Part shown: positions 50,839 through 60,723 of the stretch, piece after piece
Layout: every line of letters begins with the position of its first letter
Numbering within the stretch: position 1 is the first letter of the stretch
Program-made: the position numbers and the translations under genes
Notes under the pieces: model-generated
The model's database searches: none
The model's input: only the letters and a program-made list of their open reading frames with translations
What the model was told of the DNA's origin: nothing
Assembly (NCBI RefSeq): GCF_046105845.1
Contig: NZ_CP151004.1
Strand: one strand, 5' to 3'
DNA length: 64,000 bases
From: Escherichia coli
Lineage (GTDB): Bacteria > Pseudomonadota > Gammaproteobacteria > Enterobacterales > Enterobacteriaceae

Positions 50839-52488
50839 TTAACCGCGCCACGCTTTATAGCGGTTAATCAGACCATTGGTCGAGCTATCGTGGCTGCTGA
50901 TTTCTTTATCATCTTTCAGCTCTGGCAGAATACGGTTCGCCAGTTGTTTACCCAGCTCCACGCCCCACTGGTCGAAGGTGAAGATGTTCAGAATCACGCC
51001 CTGAGTAAAGATTTTGTGCTCATACAGCGCAATCAACGCACCCAGGCTGAACGGAGTGATTTCGCGCAGCAGGATGGAGTTGGTCGGACGGTTACCTTCG
51101 AACACTTTGAACGGCACCACGTAGTCAAGCGTTGCCGGATCTTTACCCTGATCACGATATTCCTGCTCAACCACTTCGCGGGATTTACCAAACGCCAGCG
51201 CTTCGGTCTGAGCAAAGAAGTTAGACAGCAGTTTCTGGTGATGATCAGAGAGTGGGTTATGGGTGATAGCCGGGGCGATGAAATCGCACGGTACCATTTT
51301 GGTTCCCTGGTGGATCAGCTGGTAGAACGCGTGCTGACCGTTTGTGCCTGGTTCACCCCAGATAATCGGGCCAGTCTGGTAATCCACAACGTTACCGTTA
51401 CGGTCAACATACTTACCGTTGGACTCCATATTGCCCTGCTGGAAGTACGCCGCGAAACGGTGCATATACTGGTCATACGGCAGAATCGCTTCAGTTTCCG
51501 CACCAAAGAAATTGTTGTACCAGATGCCAATCAGCGCCAGCAGGACAGGCAGGTTTTTCTCGGCAGGCGTGGTGGAGAAATGCTTGTCCATCGCGTGTGC
51601 GCCAGAAAGCAGTTCAACAAAATTATCAAAGCCGATGGAGAGAACAATCGACAAGCCAATCGCTGACCACAAAGAGTAACGGCCGCCAACCCAGTCCCAG
51701 AACTCGAACATGTTGGCAGTATCAATACCAAACTCGCCAACGGCTTTGGCATTGGTTGAGAGCGCCGCAAAGTGTTTTGCAACGTGTTTTTCATCACCTG
51801 CCGCTTTCAGGAACCAGTCACGCGCGCTATGGGCGTTGGTCATAGTTTCCTGAGTGGTGAAGGTTTTAGAGGCTACCAGGAACAGCGTGGTTTCCGGGTT
51901 TACTTTTTTCAGCACTTCCGCGATGTGAGTCCCATCGACGTTAGAAACAAAGTGCATGTTCAGGTGATTTTTGTACGGACGCAGTGCTTCGGTCACCATG
52001 TACGGGCCGAGGTCAGAACCACCGATCCCGATGTTCACTACGTCAGTGATTGCTTTGCCGGTATAACCCTTCCACTCACCGGAAATAATCGCTTCCGAGA
52101 AGGTTTTCATCTTCTCCAGCACCGCGTTGACTTCTGGCATTACGTCTTTGCCATCAACCAGAATCGGGGTATTGCTACGGTTACGCAGCGCTACGTGCAG
52201 CACGGCGCGGTTTTCAGTGCGGTTGATCTTCTCGCCAGAGAACATCGACTTAATCGCGCCCGCCAGATCGCACTCTTTCGCCAGATCCTGTAATTTCGCC
52301 AGCGTCTCTTCAGTGATGCGGTTTTTGGAGTAATCCACCAGCATCTGATCGTCGAAGGTTGCAGAGAACTTAGAAAAACGATCGCCGTCTTTAGCAAAAA
52401 GATCGGCGATCGTAACGTCTTTCATTTCATCGAAGTGTTTCTGTAGTGCCTGCCAGGCAGCGGTCTGCGTTGGATTGATGTTTTTCAT
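50839..52488 (-). CDS. pgi: Glucose-6-phosphate isomerase, 549 aa
   Basis: ATG at 52488 gives [45 protein letters not shown]... Confidence 0.98.
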
Positions 52489-52699
52489 TAGCAATACTCT
52501 TCTGATTTTGAGAATTGTGACTTTGGAAGATTGTAGCGCCAGTCACAGAAAAATGTGATGGTTTTAGTGCCGTTAGCGTAATGTTGAGTGTAAACCCTTA
52601 GCGCAGTGAAGCATTTATTAGCTGAACTACTGACCGCCAGGAGTGGATGAAAAATCCGCATGACCCCATCGTTGACAACCGCCCCGCTCACCCTTTATT

Positions 52700-53012
52700 T
52701 ATAAATGTACTACCTGCGCTAGCGCAGGCCAGAAGAGGCGCGTTGCCCAAGTAACGGTGTTGGAGGAGCCAGTCCTGTGATAACACCTGAGGGGGTGCAT
52801 CGCCGAGGTGATTGAACGGCTGGCCACGTTCATCATCGGCTACAGGGGCTGAATCCCCTGGGTTGTCACCAGAAGCGTTCGCAGTCGGGCGTTTCGCAAG
52901 TGGTGGAGCACTTCTGGGTGAAAATAGTAGCGAAGTATCGCTCTGCGCCCACCCGTCTTCCGCTCTTCCCTTGTGCCAAGGCTGAAAATGGATCCCCTGA
53001 CACGAGGTAGTT
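52700..53012 (+). promoter_or_regulatory. lysC leader containing the lysine riboswitch (L-box)
   Basis: Long structured 5' leader before lysC with L-box-like segments (agaggcgc, ggaggagcc, gggggtgcatcgccgaggtga); antisense ORFs here are artefacts. Confidence 0.85.
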
Positions 53013-54362
53013 ATGTCTGAAATTGTTGTCTCCAAATTTGGCGGTACCAGCGTAGCTGATTTTGACGCCATGAACCGCAGCGCTGATATTGTGCTTTCTG
53101 ATGCCAACGTACGTTTAGTTGTCCTCTCGGCTTCTGCTGGTATCACTAATCTGCTGGTCGCTTTAGCTGAAGGACTGGAACCTGGCGAGCGATTCGAAAA
53201 ACTCGACGCTATTCGCAACATCCAGTTTGCCATTCTGGAACGTCTGCGTTACCCGAACGTTATCCGTGAAGAGATTGAACGTCTGCTGGAGAACATTACT
53301 GTTCTGGCAGAAGCGGCGGCGCTGGCAACGTCTCCGGCGCTGACAGATGAACTGGTCAGCCACGGCGAGCTGATGTCGACCCTGCTGTTTGTCGAAATCC
53401 TGCGCGAACGCGATGTTCAGGCACAGTGGTTTGATGTACGTAAAGTGATGCGTACCAACGACCGATTTGGTCGTGCAGAGCCAGATGTAGCCGCGCTGGC
53501 GGAACTGGCCGCGCTGCAGCTGCTCCCACGCCTCAATGAAGGCTTAGTGATCACCCAGGGATTTATCGGTAGCGAAAATAAAGGTCGGACAACGACGCTT
53601 GGTCGTGGAGGCAGCGATTATACGGCAGCCTTGCTGGCGGAGGCTTTACACGCATCTCGTGTTGATATCTGGACCGACGTCCCGGGCATCTACACCACCG
53701 ATCCACGCGTGGTTTCCGCAGCAAAACGCATTGATGAAATCGCGTTTGCCGAAGCGGCAGAGATGGCAACTTTTGGTGCAAAAGTACTGCATCCGGCAAC
53801 GTTGCTACCCGCAGTACGCAGCGATATCCCGGTCTTTGTCGGCTCCAGTAAAGACCCACGCGCAGGTGGTACGCTGGTGTGCAATAAAACTGAAAATCCG
53901 CCGCTATTCCGCGCGCTGGCGCTTCGTCGCAATCAGACTCTGCTCACTTTGCACAGCCTGAATATGCTGCATTCTCGCGGTTTCCTCGCGGAAGTTTTCG
54001 GCATCCTCGCGCGGCATAATATTTCGGTAGACTTAATCACCACGTCAGAAGTGAGCGTGGCATTAACCCTTGATACCACCGGTTCAACCTCCACTGGCGA
54101 TACCTTGCTGACGCAATCTCTGCTGATGGAGCTGTCTGCACTATGCCGGGTAGAAGTGGAGGAAGGTCTGGCGCTGGTCGCGTTGATTGGCAATGACCTG
54201 TCAAAAGCCTGCGGCGTTGGCAAAGAGGTATTCGGCGTACTGGAACCGTTCAACATTCGCATGATTTGTTACGGCGCATCCAGCCATAACCTGTGCTTCC
54301 TGGTGCCCGGCGAAGATGCCGAGCAGGTGGTGCAAAAACTGCATTTTAATTTGTTTGAGTAA
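53013..54362 (+). CDS. lysC: Lysine-sensitive aspartokinase III, 449 aa
   Basis: MSEIVVSKFGGTSVADFDAMNRSADIVLSDANVRLVVLSASAGITN... Confidence 0.98.
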   Translation: MSEIVVSKFGGTSVADFDAMNRSADIVLSDANVRLVVLSASAGITNLLVALAEGLEPGERFEKLDAIRNIQFAILERLRYPNVIREEIERLLENITVLAEAAALATSPALTDELVSHGELMSTLLFVEILRERDVQAQWFDVRKVMRTNDRFGRAEPDVAALAELAALQLLPRLNEGLVITQGFIGSENKGRTTTLGRGGSDYTAALLAEALHASRVDIWTDVPGIYTTDPRVVSAAKRIDEIAFAEAAEMATFGAKVLHPATLLPAVRSDIPVFVGSSKDPRAGGTLVCNKTENPPLFRALALRRNQTLLTLHSLNMLHSRGFLAEVFGILARHNISVDLITTSEVSVALTLDTTGSTSTGDTLLTQSLLMELSALCRVEVEEGLALVALIGNDLSKACGVGKEVFGVLEPFNIRMICYGASSHNLCFLVPGEDAEQVVQKLHFNLFE

Positions 54363-54371
54363 ACACAGTAT

Positions 54372-54409
54372 GGCCCGGAAGACATTATTTCGGGCCGTAT
54401 TGTTTTTCT
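54372..54409 (+). terminator. Intrinsic terminator after lysC
   Basis: ggcccgga-agacattatt-tcgggcc followed by gtattgttttt. Confidence 0.75.
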
Positions 54410-54614
54410 TGTCATTATGCCCATAAATAAACGAGCCTGTACTCTGTTAACCAGCGTATTTATCGGAGAATAATTGCCTTTAATTTTTTTTCTGCATCTC
54501 TAATTAATTATCGAAAGAGATAAATAGTTAAGAGAAGGCAAAATGAATATTATCAGTTCTGCTCGCAAACGAATTCCCGTACACTGAACTCTCTGGCTCA
54601 CTGAGGGCACCATC

Positions 54615-54887
54615 ATGGCACTCCCCCGTATTACCCAAAAAGAGATGACTGAACGCGAGCAGCGTGAACTTAAAACACTGCTGGATCGGGCGCGGATTGC
54701 GCATGGTCGCGTACTGACCAACTCCGAAACCAACAGCATTAAGAAAGAGTACATCGATAAATTAATGGTCGAGCGTGAGGCTAAAGCGAAAAAAGCCCGC
54801 CAGTTAAAGAAAAAGCAGGCTTATAAACCGGATCCTGAAGCGTCATTTAGCTGGTCAGCAAATACGTCGACGCGCGGCAGGCGCTAA
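54615..54887 (+). CDS. yjbD: YjbD (DUF3811), 90 aa, basic and lysine-rich
   Basis: MALPRITQKEMTEREQRELKTLLDRARIAHGRVLTNSETNSIKKEYIDKLMVEREAKAKKARQ... Confidence 0.85.
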   Translation: MALPRITQKEMTEREQRELKTLLDRARIAHGRVLTNSETNSIKKEYIDKLMVEREAKAKKARQLKKKQAYKPDPEASFSWSANTSTRGRR

Positions 54888-54943
54888 TGAACAATCAACG
54901 CCTGAGATTTTCACTCGTCTGTGTGGACACAATCTTCCCCTCA

Positions 54944-54982
54944 CCCTAACCCTCTCCCCGAAGGGGCGAGGGGACTGTCCGA
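54944..54982. repeat. GC-rich intergenic palindromic repeat (box C-like)
   Basis: cccctcaccctaaccctctccccgaaggggcgagggg; a motif I recognise as recurring in enterobacterial intergenic DNA. Confidence 0.4.
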
Positions 54983-55019
54983 GCACTTTTTGGACGTTTT
55001 CATCAGTCTGAGGCGTTAA

Positions 55020-55892
55020 TCAGCGTCCCTTCTTTTTACGCCCCGGCGAGGTAAAACGCTTACCGTTGGACGCCGGGCGACCGCCTTTTTCCGCCGTTTT
55101 TTCCATCTTAACGACTGGACGTTTGATGCCCGCCGTTTTCGGTTTGGTCTTCGTTTTAGGTTTTGCCTCGGAAGAGGAATTTTCGATGAGCTTAAAGAGG
55201 TCGATTAACTCATCGTCGGTTAAATCGCGCCACTCACCCAGCGGAATGCCGCTTAAACTGACGTTCATAATGCGCGTACGCTCCAGCTTTTTCACTTCGT
55301 AACCAAAGTGCTCGCACATGCGACGGATCTGACGGTTCAGTCCCTGCACCAGGGTAATGCGGAAGACAAACGGCGCTTCTTTTTTGACTTTGCACTTTTT
55401 CGTCACCGTCCCGAGGATCGGCACCCCCGCCCCCATACCACGAATAAATTCATCGGTAATCGGTTTATCGACCGTCACCAGATACTCTTTCTCATGATCG
55501 TTACCCGCACGGAGGATCTTATTCACCAGATCGCCGTGATTGGTGAGGAAAATCAGCCCCTGGGAGTCTTTATCCAGGCGGCCAATCGGGAACACGCGTT
55601 TGCTGTGGTTAACGAAATCGACAATGTTATCGCGCTCGCCATCTTCGGTGGTGCTGACAATACCGACGGGCTTGTTCAGGGCGATAAGTACCAAATCTTC
55701 GGCTTCCCGAGGCTCAATCAACTGACCGTTTACTTTCACAACGTCGCCGGGTTTCACCTGATCGCCAATGGTGGCTCGCTTGCCATTAAGGAACACATTG
55801 CCTTGCTCGATATAGCGATCCGCTTCGCGGCGTGAGCAAATTCCGCTTTCGCTGATGTATTTATTTAAACGGACTGATGAGTCGGGCAGCAT
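55020..55892 (-). CDS. rluF: 23S rRNA pseudouridine synthase RluF, 290 aa
   Basis: [40 protein letters not shown]... (S4 domain plus RsuA-type catalytic domain); basic C-terminal tail. Confidence 0.95.
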   Translation of the reverse strand: MLPDSSVRLNKYISESGICSRREADRYIEQGNVFLNGKRATIGDQVKPGDVVKVNGQLIEPREAEDLVLIALNKPVGIVSTTEDGERDNIVDFVNHSKRVFPIGRLDKDSQGLIFLTNHGDLVNKILRAGNDHEKEYLVTVDKPITDEFIRGMGAGVPILGTVTKKCKVKKEAPFVFRITLVQGLNRQIRRMCEHFGYEVKKLERTRIMNVSLSGIPLGEWRDLTDDELIDLFKLIENSSSEAKPKTKTKPKTAGIKRPVVKMEKTAEKGGRPASNGKRFTSPGRKKKGR

Positions 55893-56239
55893 AAATTCTC
55901 CTGTAAAACGCGGAATATACCGTACCTCTTAGCGGGGAAAAACAGGGTTATGCGGCAACGTCGAAATTAAATGTGATCTGCCACGCCTTTTATCACAAAA
56001 GTGTCTCCGGAAGTACGATGCAAATTTGCCTGGCAAAATAAGGATAATCAACATATTACGAATCGCTGCACACCTGTGCTGATGACTACTACGCAGAGAA
56101 ACAAATGTGCAAGAGAAAGCGCTATTTCTCCCCATGCAAAGAGTGAAAAATCGCTTTGAAAGGCCATCATGATGGGGTTATATCAGATCAAGCGGTGAGA
56201 AAGCGTATTTGCACAAATGTGCAGAACCAGGAGGCGGCA

Positions 56240-57187
56240 ATGGAAAACAGTGACGATATCCGTTTGATTGTGAAGATTGCCCAACTCTATTACGAACAGG
56301 ATATGACGCAGGCGCAAATCGCGCGCGAACTGGGTATTTACCGCACCACCATCAGCCGCTTGCTTAAACGAGGCCGCGATCAGGGAATTGTCACCATCGC
56401 CATCAACTATGACTACAACGAAAATCTCTGGCTGGAGCAGCAACTGAAGCAAAAGTTTGGCCTGAAAGACGTTGTGGTGGTGTCGGGAAATGATGAGGAT
56501 GAAGAGACTCAACTGGCGATGATGGGGTTACACGGCGCGCAACTGCTGGATCGCTTGCTGGAGCCTGGCGATATTGTCGGTTTTTCCTGGGGTCGCGCGG
56601 TGAGCGCACTGGTTGAAAACTTGCCGCAGGCGGGGCAATCGCGGCAGTTAATCTGCGTACCAATTATTGGCGGACCGTCCGGTAAACTCGAAAGCCGCTA
56701 TCATGTAAACACATTAACCTACAGCGCGGCAGCGAAGTTGAAAGGAGAATCGCATCTCGCGGATTTTCCGGCTCTACTGGATAACCCCTTAATTCGTAAT
56801 GGGATCATGCAGTCTCAGCACTTTAAAACCATCTCTGCCTACTGGGATAATCTGGATGTCGCCCTGGTGGGAATTGGCTCACCGGCCATTCGTGACGGCG
56901 CTAACTGGCATGCGTTTTATGGTGGTGAAGAGAGTGACGACCTGAATGCCCGCCAGGTTGCTGGCGATATTTGCTCGCGCTTTTTTGATATTCACGGCGC
57001 AATGATTGAAACGAATATGAGTGAAAAAACACTCTCTATCGAAATGAATAAATTAAAGCAGGCACGATATTCCATTGGCATTGCCATGAGTGAAGAAAAA
57101 TACAGCGGAATTATTGGTGCACTGCGTGGAAAATATATTAATTGTCTGGTAACGAATAGCAGCACAGCTGAACTATTACTGAAATAA
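56240..57187 (+). CDS. sorC: SorC-family transcriptional regulator of the sorbose operon, 315 aa
   Basis: ATG at 56240 after AGGAGG; N-terminal HTH (MTQAQIARELGIYRTTISRLLKRGRDQGIV) plus sugar-binding domain. Confidence 0.85.
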   Translation: MENSDDIRLIVKIAQLYYEQDMTQAQIARELGIYRTTISRLLKRGRDQGIVTIAINYDYNENLWLEQQLKQKFGLKDVVVVSGNDEDEETQLAMMGLHGAQLLDRLLEPGDIVGFSWGRAVSALVENLPQAGQSRQLICVPIIGGPSGKLESRYHVNTLTYSAAAKLKGESHLADFPALLDNPLIRNGIMQSQHFKTISAYWDNLDVALVGIGSPAIRDGANWHAFYGGEESDDLNARQVAGDICSRFFDIHGAMIETNMSEKTLSIEMNKLKQARYSIGIAMSEEKYSGIIGALRGKYINCLVTNSSTAELLLK

Positions 57188-57256
57188 AAATCTTCCCGAT
57201 GTTTACCGTAATAAAAATTACGGCGGGTCCCTATTATCTAAAATCAGGAGTCTGTT

Positions 57257-58063
57257 ATGCAAACGTGGTTAAATTTGCAGGATAAAATCATTATCGTCAC
57301 CGGCGGCGCATCCGGTATTGGTCTGGCGATTGTAGAGGAATTATTAGCACAAGGCGCAAACGTACAGATGGTCGATATTCACGGTGGCGATGGTCAATAT
57401 GAAGGTCATAAAGGCTATCAGTTTTGGCCGACCGATATTTCCAGCGCCAAAGAGGTAAATCATACGGTAGCGGAAATTATCCAGCGTTTTGGTCGCATCG
57501 ACGGTCTGGTCAATAACGCCGGGGTCAATTTCCCGCGTCTGCTGATCGATGAGAAAGCGCCTGCCGGGCAGTATGAACTCAACGAAGCTGCATTCGAAAA
57601 AATGGTCAATATCAACCAGAAAGGCGTTTTTCTGATGTCGCAGGCGGTGGCGCGACAAATGGTCAAACAACATGATGGCGTGATTGTGAATGTTTCCTCA
57701 GAAAGTGGGCTGGAAGGCTCAGAAGGCCAAAGCTGTTACGCCGCGACCAAAGCCGCGCTCAATAGCTTCACGCGCTCCTGGTCGAAAGAGCTGGGTAAGC
57801 ACGGTATCCGTGTGGTCGGTATCGCGCCAGGGATTCTGGAAAAAACAGGACTGCGCACGCCGGAATATGAAGAAGCGCTGGCGTGGACGCGCAATATCAC
57901 CGTCGAGCAGCTGCGTGAAGGCTATACCAAAAATTCCATTCCTATTGGGCGCGCCGGAAGATTAGCAGAAGTGGCTGATTTTGTTTGTTATCTGCTGTCT
58001 GAACGCGCCAGCTATATCACCGGAGTAACCACTAACATTGCAGGCGGCAAAACGCGCGGCTAA
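57257..58063 (+). CDS. sorD: Short-chain dehydrogenase (sorbitol/glucitol-6-phosphate dehydrogenase-type), 268 aa
   Basis: TGGASGIG Rossmann motif; YxxxK active site (YAATKAAL). Confidence 0.8.
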   Translation: MQTWLNLQDKIIIVTGGASGIGLAIVEELLAQGANVQMVDIHGGDGQYEGHKGYQFWPTDISSAKEVNHTVAEIIQRFGRIDGLVNNAGVNFPRLLIDEKAPAGQYELNEAAFEKMVNINQKGVFLMSQAVARQMVKQHDGVIVNVSSESGLEGSEGQSCYAATKAALNSFTRSWSKELGKHGIRVVGIAPGILEKTGLRTPEYEEALAWTRNITVEQLREGYTKNSIPIGRAGRLAEVADFVCYLLSERASYITGVTTNIAGGKTRG

Positions 58064-58072
58064 GGAGGCTTT

Positions 58073-58480
58073 ATGGTCAATGCCATTTTTTGTGCCCACG
58101 GCAAATTAGCTTGCGCCATGCTGGAATCGGTTCAGATGGTTTACGGCAACGCCAATGTTGAAGCCGTTGAATTTGTACCCGGTGAGAACGCCAATGACAT
58201 TGTGGCAAAGCTGGAAAAGTTAGTGAGCATTCACAATCAAGACGAATGGCTGATTGCCGTGGATTTACAGTGCGGCAGCCCGTGGAATGCGGCAGCGATG
58301 CTTGCGATGCGCAATCCTCGTCTGCGGGTAATCAGCGGCCTTTCTCTGCCGCTGGCGCTCGAACTGGTTGATAACCAGGACAGCATGAATGTTGATGAAC
58401 TGTGTGAACACCTGACGCAAATCGCAAAGCAATCCTGCGTCGTCTGGAGACAGGTGGCAACGGCAGAGGAGGATTTCTGA
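58073..58480 (+). CDS. sorF: PTS mannose/sorbose-family EIIA, 135 aa
   Basis: MVNAIFCAHGKLACAMLESVQMVYGN... (catalytic His near the N-terminus); AGGAGG before the ATG. Confidence 0.85.
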   Translation: MVNAIFCAHGKLACAMLESVQMVYGNANVEAVEFVPGENANDIVAKLEKLVSIHNQDEWLIAVDLQCGSPWNAAAMLAMRNPRLRVISGLSLPLALELVDNQDSMNVDELCEHLTQIAKQSCVVWRQVATAEEDF

Positions 58481-58974
58481 TGAACATTACGCTCGCCCGC
58501 ATTGATGACCGCCTGATCCACGGTCAGGTCACTACCGTCTGGTCGAAAGTGGCTAACGCCCAGCGCATTATTATCTGCAATGACGAAGTTTATAACGATG
58601 AAGTTCGCCGGACATTATTGCGTCAGGCTGCGCCACCGGGAATGAAGGTTAACGTGGTCAATATTGAAAAAGCCGTCGCGGTTTATCACAACCCGCAATA
58701 TCAGGACGAAACCGTTTTTTATCTTTTCACTCGCCCACAGGATGCCTTAGCGATGGTTCGCCAGGGGGTAAAAATAGGCACCCTGAATATTGGCGGCATG
58801 GCCTGGCGGCCCGGTAAAAAACAGTTAACCAAAGCGGTTTCATTAGATGATGATGATATTAACGCATTTCATGAGTTAAATAATCTTGGCGTCATACTGG
58901 ATTTACGCGTCGTAGCGTCAGATCCCTCAATCAATATTATCGACAAAATAAACGAACAGTTAATCGCAAATTAA
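58480..58974 (+). CDS. sorB: PTS sorbose-specific EIIB, 164 aa
   Basis: MNITLARIDDRLIHGQVTTVWSK... (IIB-Man His motif); ATGA overlap with sorF. Confidence 0.88.
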   Translation: MNITLARIDDRLIHGQVTTVWSKVANAQRIIICNDEVYNDEVRRTLLRQAAPPGMKVNVVNIEKAVAVYHNPQYQDETVFYLFTRPQDALAMVRQGVKIGTLNIGGMAWRPGKKQLTKAVSLDDDDINAFHELNNLGVILDLRVVASDPSINIIDKINEQLIAN

Positions 58975-59039
58975 ATAATAGCGCCTGTGTACATATGCTT
59001 TAACAGGCAGGGATGACGACACTTAAAAGGTGACAAATC

Positions 59040-59837
59040 ATGGAAATAAGTACCCTACAAATTATTGCTATATTTCTTTTTTCCTGTATTGCCGGAATGG
59101 GCAGCGTGCTGGATGAATTTCAGACTCATCGCCCGTTAATTGCCTGTACGGTGATTGGTTTAATTCTCGGTGATTTAAAAACCGGAATTATGCTCGGTGG
59201 TACGCTGGAATTGATAGCTCTCGGCTGGATGAACGTCGGCGCGGCGCAATCTCCGGATTCCGCGCTCGCCAGCATTATCTCCGCCATTCTGGTTATCGTT
59301 GGTCAGCAAAGCATCGCCACCGGTATCGCCATCGCGTTGCCTGTGGCTGCTGCAGGCCAGGTACTGACGGTGTTTGCCCGCACCATCACCGTAGTGTTCC
59401 AGCACGCGGCGGATAAAGCAGCGGAAGAGGCGCGGTTTCGCACTCTCGATATTCTGCATGTCTCCGCGCTTGGCGTGCAGGCGCTGCGCGTTGCTATTCC
59501 GGCACTGATTGTCTCGCTGTTCGTCAGCGCCGATATGGTCAGCAATATGTTAAACGCCATTCCCGAATTTGTGACCCGAGGACTACAGATTGCTGGCGGT
59601 TTTATCGTGGTGGTCGGTTACGCCATGGTGCTACGTATGATGGGTGTGAAATATTTGATGCCTTTCTTTTTCCTCGGTTTCCTCGCAGGTGGCTACCTCG
59701 ATCTCAGTCTGCTGGCGTTCGGTGGCGTCGGCGTGATCATGGCCCTGGTCTACATCCAGCTAAATCCACAGTGGCGTAAAGCTGAACCTCAACTCCAGGC
59801 CACCGCCTCCACCGCCCTTGACCAACTTGACGATTAA
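59040..59837 (+). CDS. sorA: PTS sorbose-specific EIIC, 265 aa
   Basis: Multi-TM IIC-Man-type translation (MEISTLQIIAIFLFSCIAGMGSVLDEFQ...). Confidence 0.88.
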   Translation: MEISTLQIIAIFLFSCIAGMGSVLDEFQTHRPLIACTVIGLILGDLKTGIMLGGTLELIALGWMNVGAAQSPDSALASIISAILVIVGQQSIATGIAIALPVAAAGQVLTVFARTITVVFQHAADKAAEEARFRTLDILHVSALGVQALRVAIPALIVSLFVSADMVSNMLNAIPEFVTRGLQIAGGFIVVVGYAMVLRMMGVKYLMPFFFLGFLAGGYLDLSLLAFGGVGVIMALVYIQLNPQWRKAEPQLQATASTALDQLDD

Positions 59838-59847
59838 CGGAGCCATC

Positions 59848-60672
59848 ATGGAACAGAGAAAAATTACACGCAGCGATCTGGTGAGCATGTTTCTGCGCTC
59901 CAACCTGCAACAGGCGTCCTTTAACTTTGAACGTATTCACGGGCTGGGTTTTTGCTACGACATGATCCCCGCCATCAAGCGACTTTACCCAGTAAAAGAG
60001 GATCAGGTTGCGGCACTCAGGCGACACCTGGTGTTCTTCAATACCACGCCAGCCGTATGTGGCCCGGTCATCGGCGTCACTGCCGCCATGGAAGAGGCGC
60101 GGGCCAACGGCGCGGAAATTGATGACGGTACCATTAACGGCATCAAAGTCGGTCTGATGGGACCATTGGCAGGAGTTGGCGATCCACTGGTCTGGGGAAC
60201 GCTGCGCCCGATTACCGCCGCGCTCGGCGCATCTCTGGCACTTTCGGGCAACATTCTCGGCCCGCTGCTGTTTTTCTTTATTTTCAACGCGGTGCGTCTG
60301 GCGATGAAGTGGTATGGCCTACAACTCGGCTTTCGCAAAGGGGTGAATATCGTCAGCGATATGGGCGGGAATGTGCTGCAAAAACTCACCGAAGGCGCGT
60401 CGATTCTCGGACTGTTTGTGATGGGCGTGCTGGTCACCAAATGGACGTCAATCAACGTACCGTTGGTGGTTTCACAAACGCATGCCGCCGATGGCTCCAC
60501 CGTCACCATGACCGTGCAGAACATTCTCGACCAACTTTGCCCTGGTTTGCTGGCGCTCGGTCTGACGCTACTGATGGTTCGTCTGCTCAACAAAAAAATT
60601 AACCCGGTATGGCTGATTTTCGCCCTGTTTGGCTTAGGGATTATCGGCAATGCGCTGGGCTTCCTGTCCTGA
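59848..60672 (+). CDS. sorM: PTS sorbose-specific EIID, 274 aa
   Basis: ATG at 59848 gives MEQRKITRSDLVSMFLRSNLQQASFNFERIHGLGFCY... (IID-Man family). Confidence 0.88.
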   Translation: MEQRKITRSDLVSMFLRSNLQQASFNFERIHGLGFCYDMIPAIKRLYPVKEDQVAALRRHLVFFNTTPAVCGPVIGVTAAMEEARANGAEIDDGTINGIKVGLMGPLAGVGDPLVWGTLRPITAALGASLALSGNILGPLLFFFIFNAVRLAMKWYGLQLGFRKGVNIVSDMGGNVLQKLTEGASILGLFVMGVLVTKWTSINVPLVVSQTHAADGSTVTMTVQNILDQLCPGLLALGLTLLMVRLLNKKINPVWLIFALFGLGIIGNALGFLS

Positions 60673-60723
60673 TTCTTCGCCCCGGCACGACTGCCGGGGC
60701 CATCGCTCAACATGAGGTGGTTT

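Noticed and set aside
52688-53233. 181-aa minus-strand ORF
   Set aside because: Overlaps the lysC riboswitch leader and the lysC 5' end; explained by the structured RNA.
60003-60713. 236-aa minus-strand ORF
   Set aside because: Antisense within sorM (PTS EIID); Ser/Pro/Arg-rich artefact.
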